DNA of 64,000 nucleotides from Mantamonas sphyraenae STR306 (lineage: Eukaryota; Protista; CRuMs): assembly GCA_026936335.1 (NCBI GenBank), contig JAPMXV010000038.1, forward strand, positions 1 through 64,000, given 5' to 3'. Under the pieces are notes generated by a model. That model was not told the DNA's origin, ran no database searches, and was given only the letters and a program-made list of their open reading frames with translations. This document shows positions 59,810 through 64,000 of the stretch, one piece after another. Numbering within the stretch: the stretch's first letter is position 1; every line of letters starts with the position of its first letter. The position numbers and the translations under genes are program-made.

Positions 59810-61644
59810 ATGTCACGCACGGTGCGTCGCTCGCTGCAATTGCAGCCACGAGCCTCGCCAAAGGCGATGGAACCGCCAGCAAGTCCCAGCCCGGGGGGCT
59901 CTGGCTATGTGGTGCAACGGGCATACACTGCACAGCGGACACACACCACAGGTGCAGCACAGGGAGGCGTTGGAGCACACCAGGACGCAAACACGTATGG
60001 CAAGAGCAGGCCCGTGCCGCAAACAAAGACGTACGACTTGTCCAGCGTCGGCGTCGTTGGTGGCACCACCTCCTCTGTGTCCCACTACTTTGTGCCACAG
60101 CGCACCCAGGACGAGGAGCAGATGGACGCACAGGCACGTCGCACGCGCAATCCACACCACATGGCCGGCAGCGCGGGCAACGGCACAGCGTACGCTCGCC
60201 ACAACAACCTTCAGGGTGGCCATGTCACAGGATCTACGTACACACGCACGACATCGTCACAGGACATACCCAGTGGCGGCTCGACGGGAACACACACGAC
60301 GGCGTGGGCGTACACAGGCGGGGAATTTGGCTTTGACGAACGTGTGGCCACGCTGAAAGCGCGCCAAAGCCACGCACACACCTACGACGCACTGGATGAC
60401 ACTGCAGAAGATGACACACTGGACGACAGTCGACAGGAAGACACATTGGACGAGACGTTTGGCGACGAGAGCGATCCATGGGCTCAGGAGCCGTCCGTGT
60501 TGTCCTGGAACGCCTCGTTTCCCTACACGGCGTCGCTGGAGCAGTACAAATCGTACAATGCGCAGGTGGAACAGGCCCAACATCACAATCACACACAGGC
60601 AGCGTACGGACAGCGTGGTGGTGGCACGACCTCCTGGGCCGGGAGCTATGCACAGCAACCGGTGGCCGCAGACGACACCCACGAGGTGCTGGCGCGGCAG
60701 AAGGAGCGTAGGGAGCGCATGCAGGCGTTGGAGAGCAACAGCAAACATTGGGAAGAGCTGCTGCGCAAACGAGACGACCATTCGGCGGAGTTGGAAAACA
60801 CAGTGCTGAGCCTGCGCAGGGAGCTGGCGCAGCAGATGCAACTCACGTCGCGGTTGCAAGACCAACTTGCACAGGCGCAGCAAGCCATGCTGGAAAGGCA
60901 CCAGGCGAGCATTGCCGAGGAAGAGGAGGCGCACGAGAAGATGTGGAAGCTGAACAGAGACGTACGAGAGCGTGATCAGCTGCTGGGCCAGCTGCGTGCC
61001 AAGCTGCAGGAACGGGACACGGAAATCCTGGATCTGCATCGTCAGTTGACACAGACAAAGACCCAGCTGCGCATGGCCATGGCCGACAGTAGCGAGGAGC
61101 AGGCACGGCACGTTGCCAAGAAGGAAGAACACTCGCGCGTACACGCCCAGGTGCACGAGTACGCCACAGCTTTGGCAGCCATGGAGAAACAACGTGATGA
61201 GTACAAAGCACGCCTTGATGCGATGGCTGACCAGATGGACGCCGAGGCGCAGGAGGCGGCACGCAACTTTGCTGCTGTGGAGTCGGAACGCGATGCACTG
61301 CGCACTCAGCTTCAGACGCAGCAGCCACCCAACAATGCCACGGAGGAGAAGGAGGAGGAGGTACTCAAAGGAGGAGACCAGGTGTCGGGAAAGGACAGCG
61401 AGGCCATGGCCGCGTTGGAAAAGGAGATCAAACGGACCAAGCAGAAGCTAGCGGCTGCGCAACGCGACAACGTGGTGCTGCGCGAACAGCTGGAACAGTA
61501 CACAGGCACATTTCGCAGCCAGGAGGAGCGCATCACGCAGCTGCAAGGCAAGGTACAGCAGCTTACAGCACAGATGGATCTGCTGGAAGATGGACATGGG
61601 GACGAGAGCGCTTCACTGCTGGCACTCAGTGGCACACAGGGTGG

Positions 61645-61678
<34 letters not shown>

Positions 61679-62101
61679 ACTGTGGCACAGGAGCAAGAGT
61701 TGGCAGACTTGCGCAGCCGCGTGGAGTTTCTGGCCAGCGAGAACGATTCGCTTCGTGAGGCAGAACAGGCGCTGCAGGAGCAGTTGAGCGCACAGGCGGC
61801 ACGCGACATGGACGTGGACATGGACTCATTGTACAAACTCGATCAACAGGCAGCCACGTGTGCAGTCGACCTGGAAAACCTGGTGAGTGTCGTCCAAGCA
61901 CACGCGCAGGGGCAACCGGCGTCCATGGACCTGCTCCTTGGTGCTTCCTCGCCTGCTTCCATCCACAAGCATGCCCAGCCCCCCGCACAGCTACGTCAAA
62001 TCGACACTAGTCTCCAACGGCTGTCCTCCAGCATCCACGAGTTGGGTGATGTGTTGACGGCGCAGATGGCCGAAGCCATGAGCGAGTGTGCAACGCAGTG
62101 A
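59810..62101 (+). CDS. CEP85: CEP85-like coiled-coil centrosomal protein
   Basis: Long heptad region; CAVDLENLVSVVQAHAQGQPASMDLLLG and terminal MAEAMSECATQ resemble the CEP85 C-terminus. Confidence 0.62.
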
Positions 62102-62167
62102 AGTGTGATCGTGTGTGTGTGTGTGTGTGTGGTATCATGTTCATACAATGTTCAACTTTCCTTTCCA

Positions 62168-64000
62168 TCACCGATCCATCACCTCTGCCATGATGGAGCT
62201 GAGGTGCTCGTCGTGGCCAATGTTGGACGAAATCGATGCAAGATCGTCGCGAATCTGGTGGAACGACGGCCTGTCTGCAGGGTCGCTTGCCCAGCACGCT
62301 TGGATCAGGGTGGCAAAGGGTCCGTGTGCATCTGCACCCACCTCGTCCTGGAACGACGGGTGCTTGAGCCACTTCTTCATCAGGTCCACCTCGTCCATGT
62401 GTCCCTCGAAAGGCACCTCGCCTGTGCACATCTCGTGCAAGAGCGTGCCAAAGCTGTACACATCGGTGCGCAGATCGTACTCGGACGGGTCGTCGGCCGT
62501 CGTTTGCTCGGGGCTCATCCACTGCCAGGCTCGCCTCCTGCTTGCCCACTCGCGGCTGAAATACTTGGTCTGCATCAGGCCATAGTCCGTCAATTTGATG
62601 TCACCACGCGACGTCACCAGCACGTTGGCACTCTTCAGGTCACCGTGCATCACCGGCGTGTGGAAGTTGTGCAGCACAACCATGCCCGTAGCCACCTCTT
62701 TGGCCACTTCCAGCACCTGCGGCATCGACAGCTTGCGCTTGTGCTCATGCAGCAGCTTGTACAGATCGCATCCATCCACAAGTTCCATCAGCACGCTGAC
62801 AGAGCCTTCGTCAACACACAGGCCAGTGAGGCCCACCAGGTTGGGGCTGTGCAGGAAGCTCATGATTTCCAGCTCGCGCACAAAAGCATCCGCCTGCTCC
62901 TGGTTCGTAAACTTTTGCAGGTGCAGCTCCTTGATGGCCACCTTGGTGTAGTTGCTTTCGCCCTTGTACACCTTGCCGTACGAGCCCTCGCCAATCACCC
63001 CATCCTTTGTAAACTCGCCGGGCTTGACCACCAGCCAGCCCATGTTCGGCGACACGTTGATGCTGCTGCTGCCACCCTGGCCCTCGCTGCTTCCCTGCGA
63101 CGCACCCACGTTGGGACTGCCAGGTGCCCCCGGCATCGTCGACACGGTGGTTGACGTGGTGCGTGCCGGCGCAGGCGATCCTGATCGAGACGCGCTGCGT
63201 TCCAGCGCCTCGCCAATCAGCGTCGTCGGCGTGTTGCTGTTGGTTGCGCCTCCACGTGCTGCCTCGGCCTTGTACTTGTCCTCCTCCTCCTGGAACGGAT
63301 CGCGGCCACCTGCCTCGGCTGCAGGCGTGCCCGGGCGTGAGCCTCCGGTTTCGCTCATCTCAATGTCGCTCTTGCCATCGTACTCCTCCTTGCGTGCGCT
63401 GATGCTCCACCAGTACAGCATCTTGAGGACGGCAAAGAGCACACCGGCGCCAGAAAACACACACGAGACGACAGTGATGCCAAACGAAAGCGAGGTCGAC
63501 GGGATCAGATTGAGCAGGGCAATCTGCAGTCCAAGCTGCGGCACATCCTCCACAAGGTTGGATCCCAGCTTCCACTTTTCCAACGACTCGTCCAGATCCT
63601 CGTGGGTGTGCACGTCGTACAGGTGGTTCGGCACGGCCTCAATCATGGGCGAGAGCAGCTTGTACGCGTCCAGGTCGATGATGGTGGCCAGAAACAGCGC
63701 CACGTGGCCTCCTGTAGACAACTTGGAGCCCTTGATGAAGTAGCCCAGCGAGGTTTGATACCGTTCGATGAGTTTAAAGTTGCGGAAGGGCTTGACTTGC
63801 ATGATGTAGGGAATCACAAACCAGAAGCGGAACAGGGCAGGCAGACCCACAACCACAGCCGAAATGATGGCCAGCAGCGGGTTGGTGGCCAAGTTGACCG
63901 TAATGGAGAGGATGTCCGAGAGCAAATCGGCAAACGTGAGCACCTGCTTGGCGTAGAACTTCCACTCCATCTTGGCGTCCGGGTTGTTCTTCTTGTCCGC
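62168..64000 (-). CDS. Multi-pass membrane protein with C-terminal TKL kinase (frame stays open to window edge)
   Basis: GEGSYGKV, VAIK, HGDLKSANVL, DYG, WMSPE, DVYSFG, CW..DP..RPSF; N-terminal TMs with VEDVPQLGLQI. Confidence 0.9.
   Translation of the reverse strand, partial: ADKKNNPDAKMEWKFYAKQVLTFADLLSDILSITVNLATNPLLAIISAVVVGLPALFRFWFVIPYIMQVKPFRNFKLIERYQTSLGYFIKGSKLSTGGHVALFLATIIDLDAYKLLSPMIEAVPNHLYDVHTHEDLDESLEKWKLGSNLVEDVPQLGLQIALLNLIPSTSLSFGITVVSCVFSGAGVLFAVLKMLYWWSISARKEEYDGKSDIEMSETGGSRPGTPAAEAGGRDPFQEEEDKYKAEAARGGATNSNTPTTLIGEALERSASRSGSPAPARTTSTTVSTMPGAPGSPNVGASQGSSEGQGGSSSINVSPNMGWLVVKPGEFTKDGVIGEGSYGKVYKGESNYTKVAIKELHLQKFTNQEQADAFVRELEIMSFLHSPNLVGLTGLCVDEGSVSVLMELVDGCDLYKLLHEHKRKLSMPQVLEVAKEVATGMVVLHNFHTPVMHGDLKSANVLVTSRGDIKLTDYGLMQTKYFSREWASRRRAWQWMSPEQTTADDPSEYDLRTDVYSFGTLLHEMCTGEVPFEGHMDEVDLMKKWLKHPSFQDEVGADAHGPFATLIQACWASDPADRPSFHQIRDDLASISSNIGHDEHLSSIMAEVMDR

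Noticed and set aside
1-64000. Alternative genetic code, non-canonical introns, tRNA/rRNA genes, CRISPR arrays
   Set aside because: TAA, TAG and TGA all end conserved genes; every intron I reconstructed is GT-AG; no tRNA, rRNA or repeat-spacer pattern was seen by eye

Overview
Left end of a chromosome from a compact, GC-rich eukaryote, most likely a flagellated heterotrophic protist (inferred from dynein light chain, CEP57- and CEP85-like genes). A (CCCTAA)n telomere (1-172) is followed by about 30 tightly packed genes with GT-AG spliceosomal introns and the standard code. Most genes sit in head-to-head pairs separated by only 56-220 bp. Recognisable genes: RPS14 (x2), CENP-N/Chl4 (x2), GH47 mannosidase, NUS1, VPS15, two SPFH proteins, CCT3 (hosting an intronic U59/snR54-type C/D snoRNA), a gustatory-receptor-like 7TM protein, a PX-DJ-1 fusion, RagC/D, MRT4, mS45, G-alpha, Tctex1, exportin-5, PEX12, TIMELESS, CEP57, Kelch, EF-hand, DnaJ-TM, a PP6/PP4-like phosphatase, CEP85 and a TM-TKL kinase. 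Notable structure: (i) a ~2.95 kb inverted duplication around a 2.7 kb spacer; (ii) subtelomeric ankyrin/LRR proteins with a C-terminal F-box-like motif and a nuclear protein built from four copies of an unknown domain; (iii) multi-kb G/C strand-skew domains that ignore gene orientation and flip at divergent promoters, resembling bacterial replication skew; (iv) a promoter-like element facing the telomere. Several frameshifts in conserved genes are probably consensus errors. All homology calls come from recalled motifs, not from database searches.
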